Positions 23,390 through 35,259 are shown, numbered from the whole stretch's first letter. The stretch is DNA of 62,040 nt, filler included, from Sphacelaria rigidula (GCA_964200075.2; 10 parts of 10 records of this genome joined end to end with filler, not necessarily neighbours in it); one strand, 5' to 3'. Notes: generated by a model from the letters alone, not told the origin. Program-made: numbers and translations.

Positions 23390-24856
23390 CTTGTTTTTGG
23401 TTGTTGTTTTCGCCGTATTTGAGGATTTTGGTTTTGAAAAATGAATGCACAACAGAACGAAACCATGGTGGTTGGAAACACATGTGCAACGGACGAAAAC
23501 AAAAATGTAGCTCCTGTTGTCAGTCAGATTGCTTTGGTGCGAAGATTATCCCATGCTTGTTCGTTTGGTGTGAAAGCGTATCTTGATGATAGGCGTCTGT
23601 CGTACACTTCTTTACCTATGGGTTATTGCCTACGCGCGAAATGAGGAGTAACACCACCAGGTGTAAGAAATATTTGCAAAATGTTTTTCTAGATGAAAGT
23701 TGAGAGGCGACAGCGTCAAGGTGTCGAGGAGCACCAGCCATATTTCGAACATGAAAGTCGACGAACTGGAGAAGGGGCCAATATCTCCTGATATCCCATT
23801 GCTTTTCAACATCGCCTCTCCTGGAGGTTGGAGCAATCGGACCGATATTTTGCGCAATTTTATCAACCATCGCATCCCGGTATTCAAAACGAAGAACCGA
23901 TGGCGACTTTCCGCGAATTTCGTCTCGTAATAGTGACACCCTTTTATTGCCTTTTTAATTCATGGAGACGCTGATGACTGCGCTCGTTGAGAGCGTGAGG
24001 GTCTGAGTAGCAAATGTAGGCGTCGACACACGATGAACATTTCTATTCCCCCTCGCGCTCTCTAGGGACATAGTACACAATAACAACGGGCATGATGCAT
24101 AGATCGAAAGGGGTGATTCGTGGAAGGTACTGTCGATATACTTCGTACCTTGTGCCATGAAAAGGCTTCAATCAAAGAGATTCGACGGGCTGCGGGAGTG
24201 GTAATCCAACGACGCGTGGTATTTTGATGGCGCAGAACTTTGCCACCGACGTGGACAAAAAATGGGCAACAGCACACAACGCATGCAAGCTTTGGGTGTC
24301 TTGATTAGTGTGCAGCAGCGAATTGTGCGCACTTCGCCCAGTCACGTTTATTTGATACTTCAAAACCGCTAGCGTATTTTATAAAGGGACTGTCCCATAG
24401 AGGACGCGCTATGAACGAGGGAATGTGTATACTTTCTTGTATTAAACTATTATAAGCTTCACTCATCACACATCAATCGTGCAAGCTCGACCCGAGCTGC
24501 TTTCTCCACCCGAAACGTAAAGACCGAAATGCACCCTAAAACACAACTAACCGCGGTAGGTCGAACTGCATGCCGGGTTCCCCCAATTATTCCACACCCA
24601 GTCATAACATAATCCGTCAACGTACGCAATCCGATACCCGTGATACTTCGTCAATCTCCACCGCATGTACCCGAACTAATCCAAGTACACATAACAGCCG
24701 ATTTTATATTTTGGGGTTCAAACAAAATATGGGGCTGAAGTGGCATATCTCTCTTGNNNNNNNNNNNNNNNNNNNNNNNNNNNNNNNNNNNNNNNNNNNN
24801 TTAATTAATTAANNNNNNNNNNNNNNNNNNNNNNNNNNNNNNNNNNNNNNNNNNNN

Positions 24857-24910
24857 AACTCAACCATTAGAAGGTTACGAGGTTACCAACTGAGCCACCG
24901 GGGCGACCGG
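24857..24910 (-). mobile_element. SINE family B head, truncated by the contig end
   Basis: Reverse complement CCGGTCGCCCCGGTGGCTCAGTTGGTAA is identical to the sequence starting at 45929. Confidence 0.8.
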
Positions 24911-25039
24911 CTTCAGCAACGTGAAAGGTATATTTCCTGTGTTGAACGGCCTTGGTCACCCCCCCCCCGCCCCCTCAGCTCCCCCACACAACCTTGCCTG
25001 AACCGGAGCGTTGAATTCGCGCACTATCGTTTCCCGCAG

Positions 25040-25380
25040 GACAAGCAAGCCTTGGCTAAGGTAGCCACTCAACCGTGGGGCAAGAGCGCGGCAGAGGGAA
25101 TCCTCAACTGCCCGTCGCTTCTAGGGGGCCACGGTCGTTCCCCCCCGGCAAACAGTCCCACACCCTCGACCGCCGCCTCGACTAGCTCAGGCGCCGCCAC
25201 CGGCCAACAATCTCCGCCCTTGGGTGGAAAAATCGTCACCGGCTCCCCTGGACAGGACGGTTCTGATGGAAAGAGTCGAAGCCCGACGTTGTCGACGTCG
25301 AGTGGTGGGGGTGCGGGTGCGGGTGGGGGTGGGGGTGGGGGTGGGGGTGGGGAGATAGATGGCGCTCTAGGTTCGATGAG
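25040..25380 (+). CDS. Tubby-like protein, exon a (Ser/Gly-rich low complexity)
   Basis: tttcccgcag| phase 0, 341 nt open, donor AG|gtacgt (phase 2). Confidence 0.75.
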
Positions 25381-25643
25381 GTACGTGATGTGCGGGTGGT
25401 GTACTTGTAGCGTGATACATGAATGAACTCGTTTATCGGTACTGTATGCTTCTCTTTATCATTTTATGCTGTGTGTGCGGGGGTGGTACTTGTTGATGAT
25501 ATGGATCACGCTGCGGTTACGCTATCAGCACTCTACTGTACAATTCCCAACTGTTGTGAAGTCGCTGTGTGACGTCATCACCGTCATAGCAACAAGCAAA
25601 CCCTAAATAAATAAATGCTTCCCCGTTTTCCTCCGTTGACGAG

Positions 25644-25970
25644 TCTGCCACTCGGGCACCAGTTTCCGTCACCACTACGCCGAAAGCTCCTTGGATCGAT
25701 CGGTGGCATGCCCGCGGAGATGGTCACGTCCGAACACGACACACGCCTTGGCGTTGATCCCCCCCCCCCTATGCTTGTGTACGTCAACAGCAGCTGGGCG
25801 ATCGTTGTGCGTGTGCAATCGGAGGGGGAGGCGAAGTTGTTGACAGCGACGGCTATTGTCCCGGATCCCAGCTTTGGGGGATCCATCTGTGCGAGTTCAT
25901 CATCGTCTTCGTCGAAAGATGCAGCCACTGCAGAACAGACGGTTGAAGCTGCGCTAGCGGAGGGATTGAG
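25644..25970 (+). CDS. Tubby-like protein, exon b
   Basis: Open frame LPLGHQFPSPLRRKLLGSIGG...WAIVVRV...TAIVPDP...AEGL, donor AG|gtccga. The phase-2 acceptor is an unusual gacgag|, so the 5' edge is uncertain. Confidence 0.65.
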
Positions 25971-26292
25971 GTCCGATTGTTCGATTGTGTTGCTGTGTTG
26001 GTAGTCGTTGTTACTGTCGCTGTGGTTTGTGGTGTTGTTGCTGTGGCTGTCGGTGGGTATGGTGGCTCCTTTTCTGTTGGGAGTTTCGCTTGCCGTTCGG
26101 TACGATCGGAGTCGGAACTTTTCCGTTGGCCATCCGTGCGTTCAGCACTTGACATCTTATTGTTTCGGTAACATGCGAAACGATGTTTGCTTGAAAGTCT
26201 ACTTGGCAAACATTGCACGAGTGTTCCAAGGCGCTTACCTAGTGCTTGCCTCGTTCTCTCCTCTGCATTTTGATGTGTGTGTATTTTCTCAG

Positions 26293-26409
26293 GGCATGGG
26301 ATAAGACGGGAATCGCTCCAGCAGGAACGATCGTCCTTCGTAGCAAACAAGCCAAGTGGAGCGCGTGGCAAGGCTGTCACACCCTGGACTTCGACCGAGG
26401 GGAGGAGAG
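26293..26409 (+). CDS. Tubby-like protein, exon c (GC donor)
   Basis: ttttctcag|, then IVLRSKQAKWSAWQGCHTLDF, which resembles Tubby LxLxNKxPxW...YxLNF. Donor AG|gcaagc keeps the phase. Confidence 0.8.
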
Positions 26410-26753
26410 GCAAGCAAGAGTAAAATAGAAAAGAAGAAACCCTGCACAGTCCAGAATGTGGCACAGCACCAAGACTTTGTTTTAAAATGTTGACGGGGCG
26501 ATACCCATATGCAGGTTCACACGTCTTCTCTGTTCCGTGTCTTGCTTGTTGTGCTATCGTGCGATGTCAGATTCGCGAAAAAGTCATCGCTGTGTTTCTA
26601 CCTTTGGAGGTAGATTATTGAACACAACACGTAGCCCAAGAGCAAATTATACTTGTGGCTGACGACAAGTGTTATCGTAGCACTTTATTCGCAACAGGCA
26701 CCAGCTTGATTTGTGAATAATCATTTCCGGGTGCGATGTCTGCTCGTCTGCAG

Positions 26754-26827
26754 GGTTCGGGAGCCTTCGCGCAAAAACATGAGCATGGTGGACTCGGGCG
26801 CGACTGCCGGGCAGCAGGGATCGAAGG
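26754..26827 (+). CDS. Tubby-like protein, exon d
   Basis: gtctgcag| phase 2, RVREPSRKNMSMV resembles Tubby RVTxASVKNFQL. Donor G|gtgaga. Confidence 0.8.
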
Positions 26828-27361
26828 GTGAGAGGACAAAGAAACTGACCCCCTGTCCGGCCTTTGCCCGAGAAGGATGCATCATTTACGCCATGCCTCT
26901 CCCTGCTGGTAAAATTGTGCAGCTTTTGCTTCGTCGTGGTGACTGGTCCTTGTGTTGGACGACAGATGAAGTGATGTTCTCGTGTGCTGTTTCTCGGTCC
27001 GACCAATGAAATTCCCCTAAAAGGTCAAACTTTTTAGTATTAGTCACAGTGTCACGGGTTGCTGAGGATCGACGATAGGATTGATAAGCGCCCAACTCGA
27101 TCGATCAGCCGTACCCACCTCCTGTGTTTAGTCTCGGTACCTTCAGTATTGCTGCCCCGCCTTTCGCCTGCTCATGGGCTGAGGTTTTGACGGTCACCTC
27201 GCTACCTTGAGTGTCGTGCTAGCAGTGGGACATCATACCGTTTTTTCTCATCACATCGAGTGATCGTGTATCGTGCGTTTCTGGCGTAACGTCGTGTCGT
27301 CCTCATGCGTGTATTTGGGACACCCTGATGCTTCGCCATTTTTTCGTGCCGAACGAAACAG

Positions 27362-27486
27362 GCCGACCTCGAAAAGGTTCGAGCGAGCAGGTTGTGACGG
27401 GGGGCAGCGGTCCAAGAGGAGGCGCAGGAGACGAAGCAGACGCCGATGCGATTCGAGCCTTGCCTCCGATCTTGCAAGTAGGAAAG
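27362..27486 (+). CDS. Tubby-like protein, exon e
   Basis: gaaacag| phase 1, GRPRKGSSEQ...PPILQVGK resembles Tubby ILQFGK. Donor AAG|gtgggt. Confidence 0.8.
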
Positions 27487-27916
27487 GTGGGTACGCGCGC
27501 GCGCCTGTGTGTGCTGTTGTTGAAGCTGCGACGATCGCGGCCCGTAGACGCTGGTCACCATTGTTACCCAGGCTAGAGACACAAATTCAGTCGGGACAGT
27601 GTGTAGTAGGCATGTTTACGGTTGGTTGATTCATTGCGGGTCTGCGGGTTCGAAGGGTGAACTCCTGGAGTGTTTCATCTCTGTTGTCTGGAGTCCATTT
27701 CTTCCTCTGTGGGAGGAGCAGCTGGGGTGCTGTTCTTCCTCTGTGGGAGGAGCAGCTGGGGTGCTGTTCTTCGGACTACAGCCGTTCGTGTCAACGAGCC
27801 CATCATGGGAGGAGTCTTCGTAGCTGTCGTTGGGTGACATGATTTCCACAATGAACGCGTTCATTGTGGGCGTCGTGTATATCAGTAAGTGTGAAATACA
27901 CCAAGGCTAACAATGC

Positions 27917-28219
27917 TTTCGTGATGTTGACAGTAGAGGATACGATTGAGAGTGAAAAGCGGTCAATTAGTGAATGAATCGTTTCAGTACCGAAATGCCC
28001 CTCCACACGGCCCGATATGCTTTCTGTAGTAGCTTGCCACTCAGGCCCTTGATATCCCTGACTAGGATATTGACGTGTAGCTGTAGGCACACGCTAGTGA
28101 TGGAGGCAAAGAAAAGCACACGCGGAATGAAACATTGGCTACATTCAAGCGGATGATCAAAGCCACTCTCAATTAGCGCTGTACTCTCGATCAACACTCT
28201 ACTCTCAATCTAACGAAAC
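27917..28219 (+). mobile_element. ~290-bp MITE family. Other copies at ~41640-41862 (-), ~48140-48430 (+) and ~57048-57325 (+)
   Basis: Shared body TGAATCGTTTCAG..CCGAAATGCCC...GCCCTTGATATCC. Ends are inverted: CGTGAGATTGAGAGTAGAG / CTCTACTCTCAATCTCACG. Confidence 0.85.
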
Positions 28220-28224
28220 GTTGT

Positions 28225-28444
28225 GGGTTGTGTTCGGTAGGGAAGTGGGGAGTGGGGCATTTTTGGTTAGTACATTAATCCATGACGAAATGTGTACCGA
28301 ACATTCCGGTATGGTTCGGCAGGGTGTCGAGCCCAGCTCCCAACACTCCAGTTTCGTTCGGAAGGGTTTTTGTCGGGAAAATACCTCTTCTATATTTCTG
28401 TAAATAGCCGAGTTTCAGCCGGTATACCCTACAGAACACAACCT
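28225..28444. mobile_element. Small MITE (Tourist-like ends)
   Basis: TIR GGTTGTGTTC(G/T)GTAGGG / CCCTACAGAACACAACC. Confidence 0.6.
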
Positions 28445-29246
28445 TGAAAATATACTGCCTAGGTGCCTGATATTTTTCCGAGGCTTTTTTTTATGGAGGT
28501 GGACGCCCGGCATCTGCGCACCTCGGCCGATGTTTCCTCTGTTTACATCATCGCACCAGAAGGATTTATCTGAGACGAATGTTCATCTTCACTCCGAGTT
28601 CAGTATCAGATTCTCATCACCTGAGTCTTCCTGAGTTGAGAGGTGCGAGTTCTCGTGGCGCTTTGATGATTGAAACGAAAATCTCAGGACTTTCTCGGAG
28701 ATGAAGCTGTAGAAGAGTTGTTTTGTGGAAGGATGTGTGATCCGAGTACCCTCGAGAAAATGAACGTTTCATACCTTTCACGTAAAGTCGCATCTCCTGC
28801 CAAAACGTTCATTACATGCCGTGTTGTGACTTCATTATCGCAGGAAACACATGGGGGGTGCATCTTTATGATGGCTCCTTGATTGCCGTGCAACTTTTCG
28901 ATCGTTATTGAACGCTGTTCACGTGGACTTGAGAAAAATAGCCAAGCTGTCTTGTTGCCATGAAATATCGCTCTGCTGTGATGCATTGGAATTTGTCGTT
29001 TGAAAGAGTGCACTTGTTGTTGGATGTCTTTTCATAAAAGCATGTTTCGTACCGTGAAATTCCTTGCACACCGCCGAAAGAATTGGGATGCGATGCCGGC
29101 GGTAAGATAATACGATACCCCTTGAGAGAGCTTGCTGTGCACGCTCGCATCTACTGGCGGAGAGAATACAACTGAGCATGCCCCCCCGCCCCACGTCCCA
29201 CCTTTACGTTCGTACTCTTGTGTGTGTGTGTGTGTGTGTGTTTCAG

Positions 29247-29336
29247 ATCTCCGAAGATCAGTTCAGTCTTGATTTCCGGTGGCCGCTTTCCCCCCTTCAG
29301 GCATTCGTGGTTGCCATGAGCATCTTCGATGGATAG
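29247..29336 (+). CDS. Tubby-like protein, terminal exon (not in ORF track)
   Basis: (tg)n-tttcag| phase 0, ISEDQFSLDFRWPLSPLQAFVVAMSIFDG*. Matches the Tubby C-terminal signature FxxDYxYPLSxxQAFAIxLSSFD. Confidence 0.9.
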   Translation: MSEDQFSLDFRWPLSPLQAFVVAMSIFDG

Positions 29337-30039
29337 ACTGTCAGGTCTTGGTTCTTCCTTCTTCACCTAAGAAGGGGGGGATTAGGGATATTTGGTCGGG
29401 TTGTTCGCTGGTCGCAGTTGTTTCGTAATGGCTGGATGGGAACACACGATGGGGTTCCGCGGGTGGTACTCCTTGTACATGTGGCCTGTGTGGTTATTTC
29501 AGACGTTCGGATTCTTGCGTTTCTATTGTAATTCCTGTGACGAAACTTAAGGGTCGTTCCCCGTGCTGTGTACTTGAGATGACCGCAATCGAAAGGCTTT
29601 TGGGAGAGACGCGTTCAGCATAAGCCACGCGCGTGCTGTGCTACTCCTGTGCAAAGTCAAGGGCAGGGAAGATAGATGCTAGGAAAATCAAGTCCTTCGG
29701 CCGACAATCACTCAAATGTAGTGCAATTTGCCCTCGGCTTTGCCTGTGCAGTGTGCCGTCACGTGGTCTCCGGCATCCGCGTGGCTCTCGCAGTGAGGAA
29801 TCAAACGACACCGGCAGTCCTCTCCCTAGTGTGTCACCTTGTTTTGAAGGGCAAAACCCTACCCGACCCTTATTCCGGTCCTCGTTTCTTCACTGGTGTG
29901 CGTCTTAATTCGAACTCAAATAATCCGGTACATCAAGTGTGAGCAACTGTAGGTTTGTATGGCTGATTTGTACTAGCCCCATCCCTCCGACGATCTACTT
30001 CCCCCCCGAGAAAATCAAGACAGAAATTCTTCGCCGCAT

Positions 30040-30675
30040 CGATGCGATTGCTCATCTTCGGCCAGCGATCGCGCACGTGCATGCATCGTTGTTCATGGGG
30101 CATCCGCATAGTGCACCATGCTGCCAAAGGCAACACCATGCTAGGCTACTTACTCGTCGTAGTCACGTCGTTTGCTCAGCTATTGCCCATGGTATCGACG
30201 AAACTATTTTGTCAAGCTGCTGCCGAGTGCTTCTCGCGGCAACAGTAGCAGCCCCATCGCTCGGCGATCGATCGCTATATCTTTTGTCGAAAATTCAAGA
30301 CGAAGAGATCTTCTCCGAACGGATGCGATTGTGTTTTTTTCGTCCAGCAACCTCACATCGATGTACCGTCGATCCGCGCCGCGCTGGGGCATTCGCACTA
30401 TGCACCCTGCTGCCAAGTGCAACACCACGCTAGCCTGCACGTTTTAGTAATAACGTCGTCTGCTCAGCTTGCGCCCATTCTGTCATCTAACTCCCAACCT
30501 GTTGCCGAGTGCATCCTGCAGCAACGGCAGTAGCCTCATCACTTGGGTGATTCGCTCCATGTTCGGATATTCAAAACGGCAAAGTCTTCGAGCACACCTA
30601 TTTTTTCTTAGCCAGTGATCGCACACACGTATGCACCATCGATCATGGGGCGTCCGCTCTGTAGACCATGCTAGG
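30040..30675 (+). repeat. Degenerate tandem repeat, ~285-bp unit, ~2.2 copies
   Basis: GGGCAT.CGCA...TGCACC.TGCTGCCAA..GCAACACCA.GCTAG at ~30098 and ~30388, with a partial third copy at ~30647. Confidence 0.7.
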
Positions 30676-31102
30676 TTGCTGTGATCAAGGAGTCATCCTA
30701 CGATAGGAGGGGGAGGGAGGGGGGGGGGGGTATTTTGGGCCACTTGCACGAAATTCCAAGTCAAATCGTCACAGCAACGGTTGCTCGAACGAGCTTGTTA
30801 TAGATGAACAACGCTCATTCATACCTATCTACACCGTTTTCAACCAAATACAAGGGCACCGCGAGTGTGGCAGGTCGTCTGACAAACTTATGAGCCTCTT
30901 TTTTTGTGCAATCGAATACCTCCCCCCCCTCCCCCCCCCTGTGGCTGTCTCGGGAAGTGGCGATACCACANNNNNNNNNNNNNNNNNNNNNNNNNNNNNN
31001 NNNNNNNNNNNNNNTTAATTAATTAANNNNNNNNNNNNNNNNNNNNNNNNNNNNNNNNNNNNNNNNNNNNCACCATCGCTAAAAGTGTGAGGAAAGCACT
31101 GT

Positions 31103-32712
31103 TTGAGGCTTGAACCTCACTTCAAAGTGAAACCTCAATTCGCACAATTTGTTGTTAATACTGTTTTGGAGGCCGACTATAGTGCAGAAGGGACTGCCAA
31201 CGTCCTTGTGTACACATACATCCCTCAGTGGGGTGTCCCCAAACGTTTGGTATCCGATAACGGCCCAAATTTTGCCGGCAAACTTTCTGCTGCGATCAGT
31301 AATCTCCTGGGTGCCCGTCGTATTTTCACTAGTCCGTACCATCTGTCCACAAACGGTGGGATCGAACGAGTTGATCACACGATGACGCAAATGCTTGTCA
31401 CAGTGATCACTGAGCGACAAACGGACTGGGACCTGCACTTACCCCTTGTCCAAATGAACAACTCCGTCAATGCCGCCACAGGCTTTGCTCCCAATGAAGT
31501 TCATATTGGTCGTATGCCCAGGCTGCCATTGACAGTGTTCGATAGAAAACCCCCTGGTGGTCATCAGAGTTTGGATCGAAATATTGTGGAGTATCATATG
31601 TCTGTTAGTAATCGTGTTCGTCTTGCATATGAGGTGGTACGGGAACAGAATTTGATCAACGCAGCAAAGGTAGCTAAGGCAAACCGCGTGTTGGATGATG
31701 CAGTGAACAACCGTCCGGTGTACGAAGTAGGTGACTGGGCATGGGTGTATAACGATGTGAGACCTGTAACCCAAGATGCAAGCTCTGCGAAGTCGTGGTC
31801 GGATAGGGTGCTGAAGTCGAAGCTTCGCTTGAATTGGACTGGTCCTTGGAAGATTTTGGCAGTTAGGCCCTGTGATACCGCCCGTGACGATAAACCAGTA
31901 GGTGAGAAGCTTTTGTATTTGGATTTTCCCACGGATGAACCTGGTGTCAAACCCAAGGACCGGGTCTCGATGCTTCGGTGCAAGCCGTGTCTGCCCCCTC
32001 ACGACACGAGTGATATGCCCAAGCAATTTCCTATGGGACTCAGTCAGTATGTGCTAACCAGGAATGCGGCGAAATCTTCTCGTACCACATGACGGTTGAA
32101 GACGCTGACGATCCTCTTGAACGTGTAGTGGTAGATCGCATCTCGGGCCATCACTTAGTTCGAGGTCGAGGCGGTAAAATTGCGGTTATGTATCAGACTC
32201 ACTGGAAAGGCCTCATGCGTGTTACGTGGGAACGGGAGGAGGATTTGCGTCATTTTCGGAGAGAGATACTTTTATATTGGGTCGGAGATGTTGTCCAACA
32301 CCGCCCGTTGAACAAACGATATAGGTCTATGCGAAAAGGCGCAGCAGCTCGTGAACTGACCCGAGAACACTCGGCACGATTTTTCATTTCGGGCTATAGT
32401 CTTATTTCTCGTTCGCAATACCTGCGCTCTTTTTCGAAGAAACGTTTGCCGAAAGATGCATATTTTTGATACAGGGCTATGGATTCGCGGTGGTGGTTGG
32501 GGAAGATTCATTTGATAGATCCTGAGGCAGACGATTCCTACTACACCCGCTTCCTCGATGACCCGGGTCCTCTCAAGATCCGTCTCCACGACGATTACTA
32601 CACTGAGATGCCGACCGCTCGCCGAGGATCTTGGTGCCTACAACGACACGACAAAGGGGACATCGACACAGCTGTCTTGCGCAACCCCGACACGGCGTGG
32701 GACACGGAATAA
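31103..32712 (+). mobile_element. Ty3/Gypsy LTR retrotransposon pol 3' part: integrase core, GPW motif, chromodomain and Tudor-like tail (frameshift ~32080, internal stop 32467-32469)
   Basis: WGVPKRLVSDNGPNF...TSPYHLSTNGGIERVDHT (rve core), KLRLNWTGPW (GPY/F motif), MYQTHWKGL..VTWERE (chromodomain). Confidence 0.95.
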
Positions 32713-34804
32713 TCTTGATAGCGAATTGCGTTCCTTCCGATTTTATTCGTGTTCTTTGAAATACCCCCTGATTTATTTATTTTTTGTCTTGTCGTTGGTG
32801 TGGTTCACCAAATACCGTTGTGAGTCGGTTGTCTGCGTTTTTCCTTGGCGTCAATCGCAGTCCCCCTGGTCTCGTCGTGTTTTTTTTGTTGTTTCTTTCA
32901 GAATTCCCCCTGGTTCTCCTTGTCCTCTCGTGGTCTCGTTTCCTTCAACACCGTGTAGCCCGGTTGCCCATGTCTCCCTCGGCAGTACCCAGTAGCCGCG
33001 TATGTCGGTGTTCTGCCGTGAACCGTTGCCGCGTATGCCTGTTACTGTATGAAGCTTGTGTTCTCTTTTCCTTGTCTTTTGTTAGCTTTTGTATCTTTTT
33101 CTGTTTTTTGTTTTTTGTTCTTGTTTTTTGTTCATGTTTTTTTTGCCTTCTGTTTGTTTGTTTTTTTTCTTCCCTGTTTCCCCTTCTTCCTACCTTGCAT
33201 GACCACCTGTTTTTCTTGCTTTGTCTGTATTCGGAGGCAGCCGACGCACACCGTTGGTATTCTTCAACACGTCCCGTACCAACCCCTTTCTGGGGCACAT
33301 ACCCGGTGTGTGCGATTGCCCAACCGCGTACGCCATCAACCTCTATCGGACTGGTTCTTTCGGCGTACCCTGTTATTCGTTCCCCCCCCTACTCTTTTCT
33401 TTGCTTTGTGTTTTGTGTTTTGTGATTTTTTTGTCAGCTCAATACCGCTGGATTCACGTTGGCTTTCGATGACCGGCTTATGTGTTGCATGTCCAACGAG
33501 CCCTCTTGTTGAGTACCGTCGCAAATGTTTTGTACTCGCTCGCTGTATCAGTTGTCCCATGATCGGGGATAATATTTCTTTTCTCTTGGTTTATGTTCAG
33601 TTCCGTTGCTACAAAAGTCCGCCAAAATAAATAGAAGAAAGAAAAAAATCGTTTCGTTTTTCGCAGTCTCGAGGTCGTACATCCGGTCCGCCGCTTCGGA
33701 AATCAGTACGGTGGTTCGTTTTTGTTGTAGGGTTATTGCTGGCGAATTGTCGCGTTGATGTGCTCGGCGGGAGTTTATCCTTCCGTTTGTATGCACACCC
33801 TCTCGATTTTCTCGTCTGAACGGGCATGTATCTAAGAGCGGACCGCATCGGCCCCCCTTTCTGTATACTTACCGTGGTTCACCACGAACGCATCGGAATT
33901 CCCGCCTTGGATTTATCTCCTACGGTTGTGTGTTATTCGTTGACGCTTCGTGGGACGATGCGGGCACCTTTTCATTTCGATGGGCCACCCTTCACCGTCA
34001 CGCTGGTGTATCATGTTGCCTCACGGCTGCATGTTGATTTTGACTTCCGGTGTCTTTCGCTCAGCGATTTTCTTTTCCCGCTTGAGCATTAAACACCGTC
34101 GCGTTCTACTGATGAACGAAGTGTACGATCGTTTGTGCTTCCCCGGTACTGTGAAACGCCTTGGCGGGCTGCTTAACAAACTCTGACAGCGGAACTGGAC
34201 GTCTATTGAGATATGATTTTCCCTTCCCATGATAGCAGTCAAGGTTTATATCAGGATTTTGTAGCGGATGGACTACCCGCTTGTTTTTTTTCGCTGCTTC
34301 AGTTTTTTCTTTTTATGGCGGATTTGTCCTGGATTCCCGGATATTTCGTAGCTTCTGGCGCTATTTTTTTCGAGGGGTGCCGATTCTTGCGTTTTTTACA
34401 CCCTTCGGATTTTTTTGATTTTTTTTCCGTAATCGTGTTGCCCTTTGAGTCCCCGTCACAGTGCTCCCCCCTTGACGTCTCTCACACTTTTTTTTTGTGG
34501 TGTGGGGGGATGGAATGTGTGGGTAAAGCAACCTCGTTTCACTGCGTTCTCCTGCGATTGCTTTACCCATTGGAGGCTAGTGTGATAAGATGTGACTGCA
34601 GGGCGTAGCCATGATCTTGGGCAAATGTGACATTGAATGATGGACATTTTCATGCTCAATTAGCGGAGAATTCGCTGCCCCTTGAAGTTGACGTTCTACG
34701 GAGAGCATGTATTTGAATCCGAAAAAAGGTAGTGACCCAACCATGACATGAATTGAGGAGCACGGCTTTTGGCTTGTATGGTATGACCTTAGCTATGTTG
34801 ATTT

Positions 34805-35245
34805 AGGGGGCGGCGAAGCGCGTTCGAAATAGCAGCCCCTACGACCCACTCTCTTCTCATCTTGGTTTTTGGCTGCGATTCACCAGTTTCTCCATTGGAG
34901 TATCTACAAACCGCGAGAAAGTGAGTCCCAGAGATAAGAGCAGTAGTCGGGCTGCTGTTTTGTCTGGTGTATTTTATTGATTAAAGCTTAGGCCTGTTTC
35001 GGTTTGTGTTGTATTTATGTTCTGTAGCTGAAGCTGTAGATGAAGCTCGGATACAATCAATTGTGTGGAACAAAAATGGTGCTACTCTCGTCTGTAATTG
35101 CTTGTTGTCTCCTTGTGTGAAAGCAACACGAGAACAACTGTGGTCAGCCCGCGCTGTTGAGCTGAGTAAACAAACAACGTACGCAGGGGTCTGAACCTGA
35201 AACAATCTCAGTGAACACCATTACAACCTTCCCAAGGTGCCTTCA
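34805..35245 (+). mobile_element. Putative polypurine tract and 3' LTR of the Gypsy element
   Basis: AGGGGGCGG followed by (C)GAAG ... CTTCA inverted ends, ~430 bp. There is no second LTR in the contig to confirm it. Confidence 0.4.
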
Positions 35246-35259
35246 CTTCTATCACATCA

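Noticed and set aside
24030..24300. Ulp1-like protease remnant (QRDSTGCG)
   Set aside because: One weak motif among stops and frameshifts is not enough without a search.
494..29336. Ciliary gene cluster (HYDIN plus Tubby)
   Set aside because: The genes are on different contigs joined by artificial spacers.
32467..32469. Programmed readthrough or selenocysteine TGA in the integrase tail
   Set aside because: The same copy has a nearby frameshift, so a TGG-to-TGA decay mutation is the simpler explanation.
32784..33630. Hydrophobic ORFs as a Gypsy env-like gene
   Set aside because: The F/C/L/V richness comes from T-skewed low-complexity DNA, and overlapping frames look alike. No signal peptide or ectodomain is evident.
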